This document shows, piece by piece, positions 55,096-64,000 of a stretch of DNA of 64,000 nucleotides. The stretch is from an uncultured Chitinophaga sp. (GTDB lineage Bacteria > Bacteroidota > Bacteroidia > UKL13-3): NCBI GenBank assembly GCA_964355075.1, contig CAYHCF010000004.1:78028-142027 (forward strand), read 5' to 3'. Each line of letters starts with the position of its first letter. Position 1 is the first letter of the stretch. Position numbers and translations under genes: made by a program. Under the pieces are notes generated by a model that saw only the letters and a list, made by a program, of their open reading frames with translations, did not search any database and was not told the DNA's origin.

Positions 55096-57243
55096 TTAAA
55101 TATGTATAAATCCATACTTCCATAAAAAATACAGGATGATACCTGCCAGTATGGATAGCGATATTATTACGGGCAAAAAAGGTCTTTTCTTCTTGGTGAA
55201 AGGATCATTCAAATTGATTTTAGCCCCTTTAGGCAACTCAGCTAAATGGGTAAGTACATTGCCAAATTGAATATTTACAATGGCTCTTGCATTGATTGCC
55301 CAACCATTTGCATTAAGTATGGGCGCCAGATTGCGTTTTCTCAGTTTCAGATAGGCCATAATCATGGAAGGACCCGAAATAAGTAAAATAATCCCCAATA
55401 AAGCAAAAGGCATTTTCCACCAGATCAGGCCTAAAAACCCTGCAACAAAAGAGGCTATAATCGAACCTATGGCACCAAAAGCCAGACCAATGGCAGCAAA
55501 TATCCCTACAAATTTCCCTATATCAAAAGGTTGTACCGGTGGTTTTGGTTGTACTGAAGGTTCTACTTTTTTGGGAAACTCCTCAATACTTTTTGTGGCA
55601 CTTTCTGTAACTTTATCATCCTGTGCGGCGGCCACTTTATTTATTTGTGTTTCGATGAATTGTGAAACTTTGCGGTAAGGTGACCAAAACGCCTGGCGGA
55701 TACTGATGGGATTATCTATTATTTTTACAACTGTTGTATCCCAATCCAAACCATTTCGGTCGTAAAACAGGGCATTTCTTCCTACAATTAAATTATCGAT
55801 ATCGCCATTGGTCAGCGCGGCAACAATGGTCATTTTTTCATCTGTTTTTCTTGAAACACACTCACAATACAATAAGAACATACCACTAAAAGATGCCATC
55901 GACGTATGTTTGGCCATATCATTCACTTTTATGCAAAGGTTGCAACTTCGCTGATCAATGTAGAGTGTGCCTGCCTGAAAAATAGCCTTTGATCCCGGTG
56001 AATAAAAATCGTAAAAGGTTACAAAGTTCTTCAAAAGCTTAAACAAATCCTTATGATAGCGCACCAATTGATCCACCTTAATAATATGATTGGCCTCCTG
56101 CTCCAGTGCTTTATCCTGTTCAATGAGTGATTTCAATTGTTCTATCTGTCCACCAGCTAATATTTCCTGAATACGGTCCAAACCCAAGGGTTCAACAGGT
56201 TCTCCCTCCTTTTCTTCTTTCCAGTTTACGAAGGCTGTAAAAACTTCTGAAATCCGGTTCCATTCGTGTTCAGTCAGGTACTCCTTGCCGACAAATAAAT
56301 TGGAAGCGACTAAACCATTAAATTCGTTTATCTTATTTTCCCATGCCGGATTGATACCCGAATAAAGCGGTAATAATTTTTCGGAATCAATTTTTGCCAA
56401 AGGGTAGCTTGCTATTTCATCCAAACAGGTCGTAAGATTATTAGAAGTTATCGCTTCTATCCTTGCAAGCTGGAGATTCAACAGCCCGGTTGATGTTGGA
56501 TCGAAAGCCGACAAACGTGAGCGGAGGAAAAAATCCGCTACTTTTGACCGGATGGCACAATAACTTAAGTAGGCGTTTTCTGTTTGATCCCCAAAAGGCA
56601 GAATATTGGCAATGTTCAAATCTTTCTTTGCCATCCATGCCACTAATTTTTCAGCATTTTCAACAAAACTATTTACCTGTTCTAAAGAAATACCCGCTTT
56701 GCCACTTCGGTCTGTGGAAGAACCCACGCAAATCATGATCTCCTGAATCAGCTTAATCAGGTCACTGTTTCCGGCAGTATCTTCGGTAATAATACCATCT
56801 CCATTAAATCGGGAAGCCGAAAAAATAGCTTCGATGTTTGATGTTTCATCAACAGAAATAGTCGTTGCATGCGCCTTACCCAAATTCTTTAAAATAGTTT
56901 TTGCCGAAGAAAGCAATATTTTACCTTCTTCGGTTTGATCGTTAATCGCTGATAACGACAGGCTGTTGTCTTGTTTTAAGAGGTCATCCGGATTTTTTAT
57001 TACTGAAATAATCCAGTTTACCGCTTCCAATATTTCGGGAACCCGAATCTGATTATCATTATCCTTATCAATTAATCCGAGCGTTTTGGAGTCAATTTCA
57101 AGCCCATTAACCGGACAACTAAGGACGGTCCAGAGTTTCTGATCCAATTCACTTAAATGCATCAGGTCGGCACCCGAATCTAAATTAACGCGTTTAACTC
57201 CTCCAACGGTAGAGAAATTCCAGGTATGATTGCTGTTTTTCAT
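55096..57243 (-). CDS. uncharacterised membrane protein with an EF-hand-like loop and C-terminal TM helices
   Basis: Long ORF; the ATG at 57243 is preferred over the GTG at 57327. It contains the loop DKDNDNQIRVPE, a Pro-rich linker and three strongly hydrophobic C-terminal segments. No family is recognised. Confidence 0.7.
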   Translation of the reverse strand: MKNSNHTWNFSTVGGVKRVNLDSGADLMHLSELDQKLWTVLSCPVNGLEIDSKTLGLIDKDNDNQIRVPEILEAVNWIISVIKNPDDLLKQDNSLSLSAINDQTEEGKILLSSAKTILKNLGKAHATTISVDETSNIEAIFSASRFNGDGIITEDTAGNSDLIKLIQEIMICVGSSTDRSGKAGISLEQVNSFVENAEKLVAWMAKKDLNIANILPFGDQTENAYLSYCAIRSKVADFFLRSRLSAFDPTSTGLLNLQLARIEAITSNNLTTCLDEIASYPLAKIDSEKLLPLYSGINPAWENKINEFNGLVASNLFVGKEYLTEHEWNRISEVFTAFVNWKEEKEGEPVEPLGLDRIQEILAGGQIEQLKSLIEQDKALEQEANHIIKVDQLVRYHKDLFKLLKNFVTFYDFYSPGSKAIFQAGTLYIDQRSCNLCIKVNDMAKHTSMASFSGMFLLYCECVSRKTDEKMTIVAALTNGDIDNLIVGRNALFYDRNGLDWDTTVVKIIDNPISIRQAFWSPYRKVSQFIETQINKVAAAQDDKVTESATKSIEEFPKKVEPSVQPKPPVQPFDIGKFVGIFAAIGLAFGAIGSIIASFVAGFLGLIWWKMPFALLGIILLISGPSMIMAYLKLRKRNLAPILNANGWAINARAIVNIQFGNVLTHLAELPKGAKINLNDPFTKKKRPFLPVIISLSILAGIILYFLWKYGFIHI

Positions 57244-57406
57244 ATCATTGAATTTTAACCAATATTCAATGATAGGTTTGTTTGGAGAAATTTGAAACTT
57301 TGATTTTAAAAAAGTGAAACTATTCACTTAAGGACATGGTTCATTTAACTCAATGCAATGATTAGACTAATTCAAAAAACCATTCAGCAATTTTTCGCCT
57401 GCAATT

Positions 57407-60400
57407 TTACTGCCTGAACATAATGGGATAACATAACCTGCTTCCCTCTATACCTGAAATAATAAAGTAATAGAGACCCTCACTCCATTCCGATACATCA
57501 AATACTTCCTGTTGCAGCTTAGTATCCGGCAACCATTTTTTGAGCACTTTGCCATCAAGAGAATAGAGCGAAAGCGCGTTGATTTGTATTCCTGCGGTCT
57601 TTTTTACCAGGGTGATCATTCCGGAAGTGGGATTTGGATAGATTTCAAAATCACCTGTGTTTGAATACTTAGCCAAACCGGTACTTATATTGGCACTCAT
57701 CACATTTGAATAAATGGGTGTAAGGCTTGAAATGGAATCATAAGGATAGCAAATAAAGCCATTTAAGGATAGCAGATATTTGTTTGAACCGGTGGCAGGG
57801 AAGGAATCGATATAATTGGTGTCATTTTGATTTGCCATCCCTATGCCGGAATAAGCGGAACCATTCGTGCTTCTTAAAACAACAAGGTTGGCTGCACTTT
57901 TGCCCACGTATTTACTCCAGCTTAAATTAACCCTGCCCGCCAATACCGTTGCTGCTCCCAATATGGGTTTATGAAGCGTTTGTCCTGCCGAAACCTGATT
58001 ACAACTGTCCACTGCCTTAAGCTGGTAGAATTTATTGCTTGTACAGGTTAAAGTAACAGGATCAATCAATATTGAGTTTGCCTGAAAAGGAACACTGTCG
58101 AGGAGCACAAAGGGTCCGCTTGCTGAAGCCGATTTGAACACATAGTAGCGTGCAGTTCCTTTTCCTGAGGTTTTATTCCAGATTATTCTTGCCTTGCCGC
58201 TTGTTGAATCCATGCTTACTCCACAAATTTGCTCATAGTTATATACGGATCGCGTTAGTACGGTTGATGAGCCCAAATAGGTGCATTGGTTTGCATCTAC
58301 TACATATACAGATATAGTGCCTCCGGATAAACCGGTGGCTTTGCTTCCATATTGAATCGGCGTTGTTTGCCAGCTGATCACAAAAGGGGCTGTTCCTCCG
58401 CTTACACTCATTTCTGCTGTTCCATCTTTTTTCCCCAGACAACTTTCGTCCTTTTTAGCTATCTGAACCAGCTGAATCGGGGCGGGTTGGTTCAGGTTAT
58501 ATTGAACCGATCCGATGCATTGGTTTGAGTCTTTCACGTAAAATAAATAAGTGCCTGCCAGTAAATTTGAATGCTCATATATGCTGTCGAAAATGCCTCC
58601 CGTTTTTTTGTACGTATAAGGAGGAATTCCATTCTCCGGAACAAGTAAAATTCTGCCATCTCCATCCCCGTTGCATTTAATGGCATTGCTCAAGATGGCA
58701 TGAAGTATTATGGGTGCAGGTTGCGTAATACTTAACAGAACCGAATCTTTTTGCTGCAGAGAATCTTTGGCATAAATCCAATAATTACCCGCAGGTAAAT
58801 GATCGAAACTTCCGGAACTCTGGTAAGAATTGTTCCCAATTTTATATTGAACCGGATTAAAATAATTGCTGACATTTACCATCAAAGACCCTGCTGAATC
58901 CCCATAACAGGTATTTCCTTTTATTGAAAGCAGATTGATTTTGAGCGGTCTTATTTCAACGGTATCCACAAATTCTGTTGGACCACAAGGACTTCCCGGA
59001 AGGAGTTTAATTCTGAACTTGCCTGGCTTGTTAAATACATAAAAAGAAATACTATCGGCAGGAATGGTACAATAAACATTGCTTGCCGGTGCCGTTTCTA
59101 TTTGCCACTGGGTTAGTGTACTGTTTATATACACATTATTGGATACCTGGTATGCAAGCCGGTAGGTGCGGTTTGCCAACTGTGTTTTCAGAATTTGCAA
59201 GGCAGGAGCTTCTGTACTTGTTATAAAAGTATAGGCGGTAAGCGTCCGGTTTGGAAATGGACAATCGCGGGTTTGAAACGAAATGACTGAAGTATAATTT
59301 CTGTTTAAAGCGGCATTTAAGGGCATGGTCCAGGTTAATTTGAAACTATCCTGCCGGGGTCCGTTAATGGAACGGGTGGCGTAATTATATAATCGTAAAA
59401 AATTGGAACCTGGAAGACCGGGTAAAATAATATTATTGGGAGCTCCCCAACTACCCCAAAAATAGGTGGTATCAGCGGGCGAACTGCTCTTGGCTACCAG
59501 AATTTCCGTAAAGGTCTGTCCCGGACAGAGCTTGAAAAGCTTCCCATCATACCCCGGACTCCCCTTTGGGGCTCCAAGGGAATCATAGGAGGCGAAACTC
59601 AGATCGGCACTTATGCCGGTATTAACGGAATGAATCTGCATATCCCGGCGGGTTATCCCGGCAATTTCAGGAACACCCAATGCATTTTTCTTCCATTGAG
59701 TTATTTCAATTGCAAGACTCGACACGAAAGTACTTACAGACCTGAAACGGATATTTCCATTTACCTGATTTACATTCATTCCCAGCGTGGCATTAATTAA
59801 AAAAGGAAAAGTTGCCGCATTATAGGGATAGGCATAAGGAGCCGTAACACCTCTGTCGGTTAGTGCTGGAGCACTGGCATAAGATAATGAATCTCCGTCA
59901 GGATCAACAGCCCCCACATTATAAATCACCTCGCGGTTAGCTGAATACATAACTACGGGATCATTTGTAAACCACGGAGATGAATTACAAGGACTCAAAC
60001 AACGGTTTATGATCGCTTCGGTATAAAAGGGTAAAGTACCCGCATTCATCAGGGAGGCATTATTTGGGTTACGACAACAGGTGGAATAACCCAAACTCAC
60101 CATACAACAGCCGGCTGGTATTGCGTTTAGGTTAATATTTCCCTGAAAAGTGTAAACTTCGTATCCGGGAGTAGCTGCACCGGGGGATCGGGTTCCGCAA
60201 TTTGAACAAATAGAAGTTGAACATAACTGAATCACATCAAAACCACTGATCGCAAGAACTACAGTTATATTTTGTGTTCCAAATACGGTACCGTTGCAGG
60301 CGCCGCCAACACCTGTAATTTTAATAGGCATTGAACAGGATGAACTCAACGCAGTTGGGCAATTTGCACATAACTGAGCACCGGAGCAATCTCTAAAAAG

Positions 60401-60580
60401 TTTAAGGGTAACCTGGTAAACTCCGGGTGTAGCTGTGCATTGGTAACTGATATCGGAACCAACCACATTTGCAGTAAAACTTCTATTCGTCGTTATCAAT
60501 AAAACAATTAATACGGAAATTTTTTGCCACAATCCCAATGCCTTTTTTAGCTCAGGGTTTTTGTAAAAATTCATTTTCAT
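57407..60580 (-). CDS. T9SS-sorted adhesin-like protein (Cys-rich N-terminal domain, SprB-type repeats, type-A CTD)
   Basis: Signal peptide. Cys-rich N-domain (YQCTATPGVYQVTLKLFRDCSG ...) and DPDGDSLSY. SprB-like repeats (CYGDSAGSL..., CNGDGDGRI...GIPPYTY, CLGKKDGTAEMSVSGGTAPF). CTD FEIYPNPTSGMITL ... GLYYFIIS. Confidence 0.85.
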   Translation of the reverse strand: MKMNFYKNPELKKALGLWQKISVLIVLLITTNRSFTANVVGSDISYQCTATPGVYQVTLKLFRDCSGAQLCANCPTALSSSCSMPIKITGVGGACNGTVFGTQNITVVLAISGFDVIQLCSTSICSNCGTRSPGAATPGYEVYTFQGNINLNAIPAGCCMVSLGYSTCCRNPNNASLMNAGTLPFYTEAIINRCLSPCNSSPWFTNDPVVMYSANREVIYNVGAVDPDGDSLSYASAPALTDRGVTAPYAYPYNAATFPFLINATLGMNVNQVNGNIRFRSVSTFVSSLAIEITQWKKNALGVPEIAGITRRDMQIHSVNTGISADLSFASYDSLGAPKGSPGYDGKLFKLCPGQTFTEILVAKSSSPADTTYFWGSWGAPNNIILPGLPGSNFLRLYNYATRSINGPRQDSFKLTWTMPLNAALNRNYTSVISFQTRDCPFPNRTLTAYTFITSTEAPALQILKTQLANRTYRLAYQVSNNVYINSTLTQWQIETAPASNVYCTIPADSISFYVFNKPGKFRIKLLPGSPCGPTEFVDTVEIRPLKINLLSIKGNTCYGDSAGSLMVNVSNYFNPVQYKIGNNSYQSSGSFDHLPAGNYWIYAKDSLQQKDSVLLSITQPAPIILHAILSNAIKCNGDGDGRILLVPENGIPPYTYKKTGGIFDSIYEHSNLLAGTYLFYVKDSNQCIGSVQYNLNQPAPIQLVQIAKKDESCLGKKDGTAEMSVSGGTAPFVISWQTTPIQYGSKATGLSGGTISVYVVDANQCTYLGSSTVLTRSVYNYEQICGVSMDSTSGKARIIWNKTSGKGTARYYVFKSASASGPFVLLDSVPFQANSILIDPVTLTCTSNKFYQLKAVDSCNQVSAGQTLHKPILGAATVLAGRVNLSWSKYVGKSAANLVVLRSTNGSAYSGIGMANQNDTNYIDSFPATGSNKYLLSLNGFICYPYDSISSLTPIYSNVMSANISTGLAKYSNTGDFEIYPNPTSGMITLVKKTAGIQINALSLYSLDGKVLKKWLPDTKLQQEVFDVSEWSEGLYYFIISGIEGSRLCYPIMFRQ

Positions 60581-60600
60581 GTTTTGAGTATTTACTTATT

Positions 60601-60608
60601 CAAAGTTA
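60601..60608 (-). promoter_or_regulatory. -7 box candidate (TAacTTTG) for the downstream adhesin paralog
   Basis: The reverse complement of caaagtta matches TAnnTTTG, 21 nt upstream of the ATG at 60580, in the 58-nt gap between the paralogs. Confidence 0.35.
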
Positions 60609-60638
60609 TTCATCTTTTTCCGTCTTTATCATCTTTTT

Positions 60639-63600
60639 TCATCTTTCAATAATCAAAGGAAATACCAGGTGAGTTCCATCCATCCTGCTTAGGATCAGTT
60701 GATACATGCCCTCACTCCATTCCGATACATCAAAAACTTCCTGTTGCAGTTTAGTATCCGGTTTCCATTTTTTGAGTACTTTACCATCAAGAGAATAGAG
60801 TAAAAGCTCATTGATTTGGATTCCTGCAGTCTTTTTTACTAAGGTAATTATTCCGGTAGCAGGGTTTGGATAGATTTCAAAATCGCTGCTGTTTGAATAC
60901 TTAGCCAAGCCTATATTGATATTGGCATGCATCACATTTGAATAAATGGGTGTAAGGTTTGAAACTGAATCATAAGGATGGCAATTGTTAGTGCTAATCA
61001 ACTCAATGAGGTATTGGTTTGATCCGATTACAGGAAACGAATCTATAAAAGAACTATCGCTTGCATTTAGCGATTTTAACAAAATATAGGCGGAACCATT
61101 TGCACGCTTCCAAACCAATTGGTTCAGGCTGCTTGTGCCCACATATCGGGTCCAGTTTAATTTCACCCTGCCCGCCAAAACAAGGGCTGAACCCAGCATA
61201 GGTCTGTGAACTAAACTGCCTGATGATACCTGGTTACAGCTATCCCTGACGATTAGGCGATAAAATTTATTGCTCGCTGGAGTTAAGGAAACCGGATCAA
61301 CACATACCGATGCTGAAGAAAATGGAATGCTATCCAATAAACTAAATGGACCTGTTGCTGAACCGGACTTGAACACAAAATATTTTGCTATACCCACATA
61401 AGCAGTTTTATTCCAGATTATTTTTGCTTTGCCGCTTATTGAATCAATGCTTACTCCACAAATTTGCTCATTGTTGTAAACGATTTGGGTACTCACAAAA
61501 ACAGAATCATTCAATAAACATTGATTGCTATCGGTAATGGTATATTTAAGGAATCCTGAGCCCAAATTGCCTGCTTTATTTCCGGTTTGAACAGGGCTGC
61601 TTTGCCAATGAACAGAATAAGGAGGAGTGCCCCCGTTTATAACAATATCTACAGAAGCATCCTTTTTACCGGGACAACTTTCTTTTATGAGGTTAAAAAA
61701 ACAACTGAAAGGCAAGGGCTGGCCTAAAATTACCTGAATAGTTGCCAAACATTGATTGGAATCTTTGGTGCTTATCGTATAATTTCCGGCTGTTAAATTC
61801 GAAAACTGATTATTGGTTGAATATCCGGTATTTCCCAGTTTATACTGATAAGGAGGAACTCCACCAAATGCCGTAACCCTTATCATTCCATTCTGATCGC
61901 CATGGCATTTCAGGTTCACGGTTTCTGCGGTACAGTAAAACTGCGCCTGGTTCAAAATAATATTTTCACTTGCCCGGCAGCCCAATGAATCTTTTGCAGT
62001 AAACCAGATGGAACCCACTTTCAGGTTATTAAAGGTATCATTCGTTTGAAACGGTGAATTTTCTATCCGGTATTGCAGGGGTGGAATTCCATTGTTAAGA
62101 CCTAAAACCAGCATGCCATTGGAATCGTTTGTGCAACTTGGATTTCTTTGGGTCAAAATTGCAAGGGAAACCGAATTGGCCGGCTGCGTTAGATTTATAT
62201 ACAGGGTATCCCGGGTGTTCAAACTATCTTTCCCAATTATTCTAAAACTGCCGGCTTTCAAATTGGCAAAGGTGTCTTTTGCCCCATAAACGCCACTATT
62301 GATACGATATAAAACGGGAGCTACACCTCCCATAAATTTTACGATAATCAATCCGGAACTATCCCCTTTGCAAGAAATATTTTTCGATTGAACCAAACCC
62401 ATTCCTGCGTTATTGACATTCACATAATCTTCAAACAAAACAATCCCGCAATTAAAACTCAGGTTCAACCTCAGTTTGTAATTTCCGCCTGAACCAAAAG
62501 TATAAGAGTTGATGCTATCGCTATTGATGCTGGTAAACGTATTGCTACCCGGCGAAGTTTCTATTTGCCATTGGGTAAATAACGGATTATTGGCATCGCT
62601 ACTGATTCGGGTATAAGTGAATTTTCTTTTTAGTAAGTCCAGTTTAAATTTATTAATGATTACAAATGGTTTGGCACGAACAAAAATACCTCCTCCATAA
62701 TCTGTTCTGCCCATTAGCGGGCATCTCCGGTCGTTGGCTTTGAGCAGATATAAATACGGCAGGTTGCTGATATTTGAATCCACCGGGGTCCAGCATAATT
62801 GGAAAGAATCTTGTCTGGGTCCGACTATTGCACGTGAGGAGGCTGAATATAACCGGGTAAAAGTCATACCCAAAGCGGATAAGGGATAATGTGTATTCAG
62901 GCTTAAATCGGTCGTGTCTGTGAGATCTATATCGGTAGCGGCAAAAGTTCTACAGAAAGTTTGCCCGGCACAAATCGTATCAATCATATTATTGCCACTG
63001 ATTAAGATTCCATTTTGATTATATTTACTGATCACCGGAGGATTGTTTCCTCCCCCGGAATTTGAGGTCAAAATTCCTTCTCTTCGTGTCATTCCCATCA
63101 ATATGGGTGAATTTCCGTTTCTTTTCCATTGGTAAACATCAATAATTAATGGATTAGAAAAAGTGCCTGCCGAAATAAAACATAGTGTACCCGTTATCTG
63201 ATTAAAATTAATTCCATAAGGTGCCGCTTGCGGTGGATATGGGTTGGGAAAGCCCAAGTATGGGAATGGTGCAGTAGGAGAATAAGGAGGAATATAATTT
63301 GCAGGAGAATTCGGCCCTCCAAAAATGGGTCCCAAAACATAACTCAGGGAATCTCCATCGGGATCAACGGCACCTAAATTAATATTTTGGCTCATCCCTG
63401 CTGCAACAACATTTACTGGATCGTTGGTAAAAATTGGAGAACTATTGCAGGGTATTGCGCAACGGTTAATAATCATTTCATTATAGAGACTAGTTGAAAG
63501 AACATTAAATATTGGACTTATTCCCGCACTTCTGCAACAGGATGTATAACTTATTGAAACAAGGCAACAGGAAGCGGGCAATGCATTTAGGTTTATGTTG

Positions 63601-64000
63601 CCAGAAAAGGTATAAATTTCAATTCCGGGTGTAAAGGTTCCGGGTGTTCGCGTATTGCATTCTGTACAAATACTCCTTGCCATATTGCACAATTGACCCA
63701 CATCAAAACTAACTACCGGGGTTTCCAAAAACAGCGTTTGAATCCCGTAACTGATACCTGCATAAGGATTATTGGGGAGCCCTGAATTTGCGATATTTGC
63801 CGCCCCAAGAATAGAAACAGGAATTATACAAGAGCCATTACAATTACCGCAAAGGGGTGTTCCATTGCAGTCTCTAAATATCTTTTGTCTCACAAGATAT
63901 ACCCCCGGAGTGACGGTGCAGGTATAACTCATTTCCATGCCAAATAGATGTGCTGCTGAAACACTTTGATAAGGAATACTTATTGATGCTACATAGAGCA
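60639..64000 (-). CDS. T9SS-sorted adhesin-like protein, tandem paralog of 57407-60580 (5' end beyond the window)
   Basis: The frame stays open upstream of the listed Met at 63938 to base 64000 (...AAHLFGMEMSYTCTVTPGVY aligns with ...ANVVGSDISYQCTATPGVY of the paralog). It has the same domain order and a near-identical C-terminus. Confidence 0.85.
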   Translation of the reverse strand, partial: LYVASISIPYQSVSAAHLFGMEMSYTCTVTPGVYLVRQKIFRDCNGTPLCGNCNGSCIIPVSILGAANIANSGLPNNPYAGISYGIQTLFLETPVVSFDVGQLCNMARSICTECNTRTPGTFTPGIEIYTFSGNINLNALPASCCLVSISYTSCCRSAGISPIFNVLSTSLYNEMIINRCAIPCNSSPIFTNDPVNVVAAGMSQNINLGAVDPDGDSLSYVLGPIFGGPNSPANYIPPYSPTAPFPYLGFPNPYPPQAAPYGINFNQITGTLCFISAGTFSNPLIIDVYQWKRNGNSPILMGMTRREGILTSNSGGGNNPPVISKYNQNGILISGNNMIDTICAGQTFCRTFAATDIDLTDTTDLSLNTHYPLSALGMTFTRLYSASSRAIVGPRQDSFQLCWTPVDSNISNLPYLYLLKANDRRCPLMGRTDYGGGIFVRAKPFVIINKFKLDLLKRKFTYTRISSDANNPLFTQWQIETSPGSNTFTSINSDSINSYTFGSGGNYKLRLNLSFNCGIVLFEDYVNVNNAGMGLVQSKNISCKGDSSGLIIVKFMGGVAPVLYRINSGVYGAKDTFANLKAGSFRIIGKDSLNTRDTLYINLTQPANSVSLAILTQRNPSCTNDSNGMLVLGLNNGIPPLQYRIENSPFQTNDTFNNLKVGSIWFTAKDSLGCRASENIILNQAQFYCTAETVNLKCHGDQNGMIRVTAFGGVPPYQYKLGNTGYSTNNQFSNLTAGNYTISTKDSNQCLATIQVILGQPLPFSCFFNLIKESCPGKKDASVDIVINGGTPPYSVHWQSSPVQTGNKAGNLGSGFLKYTITDSNQCLLNDSVFVSTQIVYNNEQICGVSIDSISGKAKIIWNKTAYVGIAKYFVFKSGSATGPFSLLDSIPFSSASVCVDPVSLTPASNKFYRLIVRDSCNQVSSGSLVHRPMLGSALVLAGRVKLNWTRYVGTSSLNQLVWKRANGSAYILLKSLNASDSSFIDSFPVIGSNQYLIELISTNNCHPYDSVSNLTPIYSNVMHANINIGLAKYSNSSDFEIYPNPATGIITLVKKTAGIQINELLLYSLDGKVLKKWKPDTKLQQEVFDVSEWSEGMYQLILSRMDGTHLVFPLIIER

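Noticed and set aside
56692-56724. P-loop-like string GSSTDRSGKAG in the EF-hand-like membrane protein
   Set aside because: The spacing does not fit GxxxxGK[ST]: there are six residues between the glycines and Ala follows the Lys. No Walker B or other NTPase motifs were found.

Overview
This is a 64-kb chromosomal segment from a low-GC Bacteroidota genome. The taxon call rests on six ORFs with T9SS type-A C-terminal sorting domains, TonB-dependent receptors with CarboxypepD_reg-like N-termini, and TAnnTTTG -7 promoter boxes. Coding density is high.

Recognisable housekeeping genes are ispH, a split transketolase, an ADP-forming acyl-CoA synthetase, prfA, menD, menB, a cyclophilin, a PlsC-like acyltransferase and a glutathione peroxidase. 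They are interleaved with accessory genes:
- a thiol/persulfide redox cluster (CoA-disulfide-reductase-rhodanese fusion, rhodanese, Crp/Fnr)
- a two-component system
- two TonB-dependent receptor loci
- AraC and MarR regulators
- Fic, CPBP and NUDIX proteins
- a 1463-aa double-activase/dehydratase-like fusion
- two tandem Cys-rich SprB-repeat adhesin paralogs (the second runs off the window end)

I found no rRNA, tRNA, CRISPR array, transposase or integrase. No unambiguous new system is visible.

The best leads are:
1. Two integrase-less insertions, each bounded by long imperfect direct repeats that duplicate the 3' end of the flanking gene(s). One is at 18751-20312 and carries a GNAT-like gene plus a 59-aa ORF. 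The other is at 31853-34347 and carries YciI-like, beta-lactamase-like and MarR genes.
2. A small secreted Cys/Lys-rich protein divergent from the two-component system.
3. A SusD-less TonB-dependent receptor flanked by two T9SS cargo proteins that share a ~225-aa N-terminal domain.
4. The activase-dehydratase fusion, a possible PlsA/PlsR-type plasmalogen synthase.
5. An EF-hand-like membrane protein and a degenerate receiver domain downstream of the adhesin pair.

All family assignments come from motifs read by eye and from memory of the families. No database search was run.
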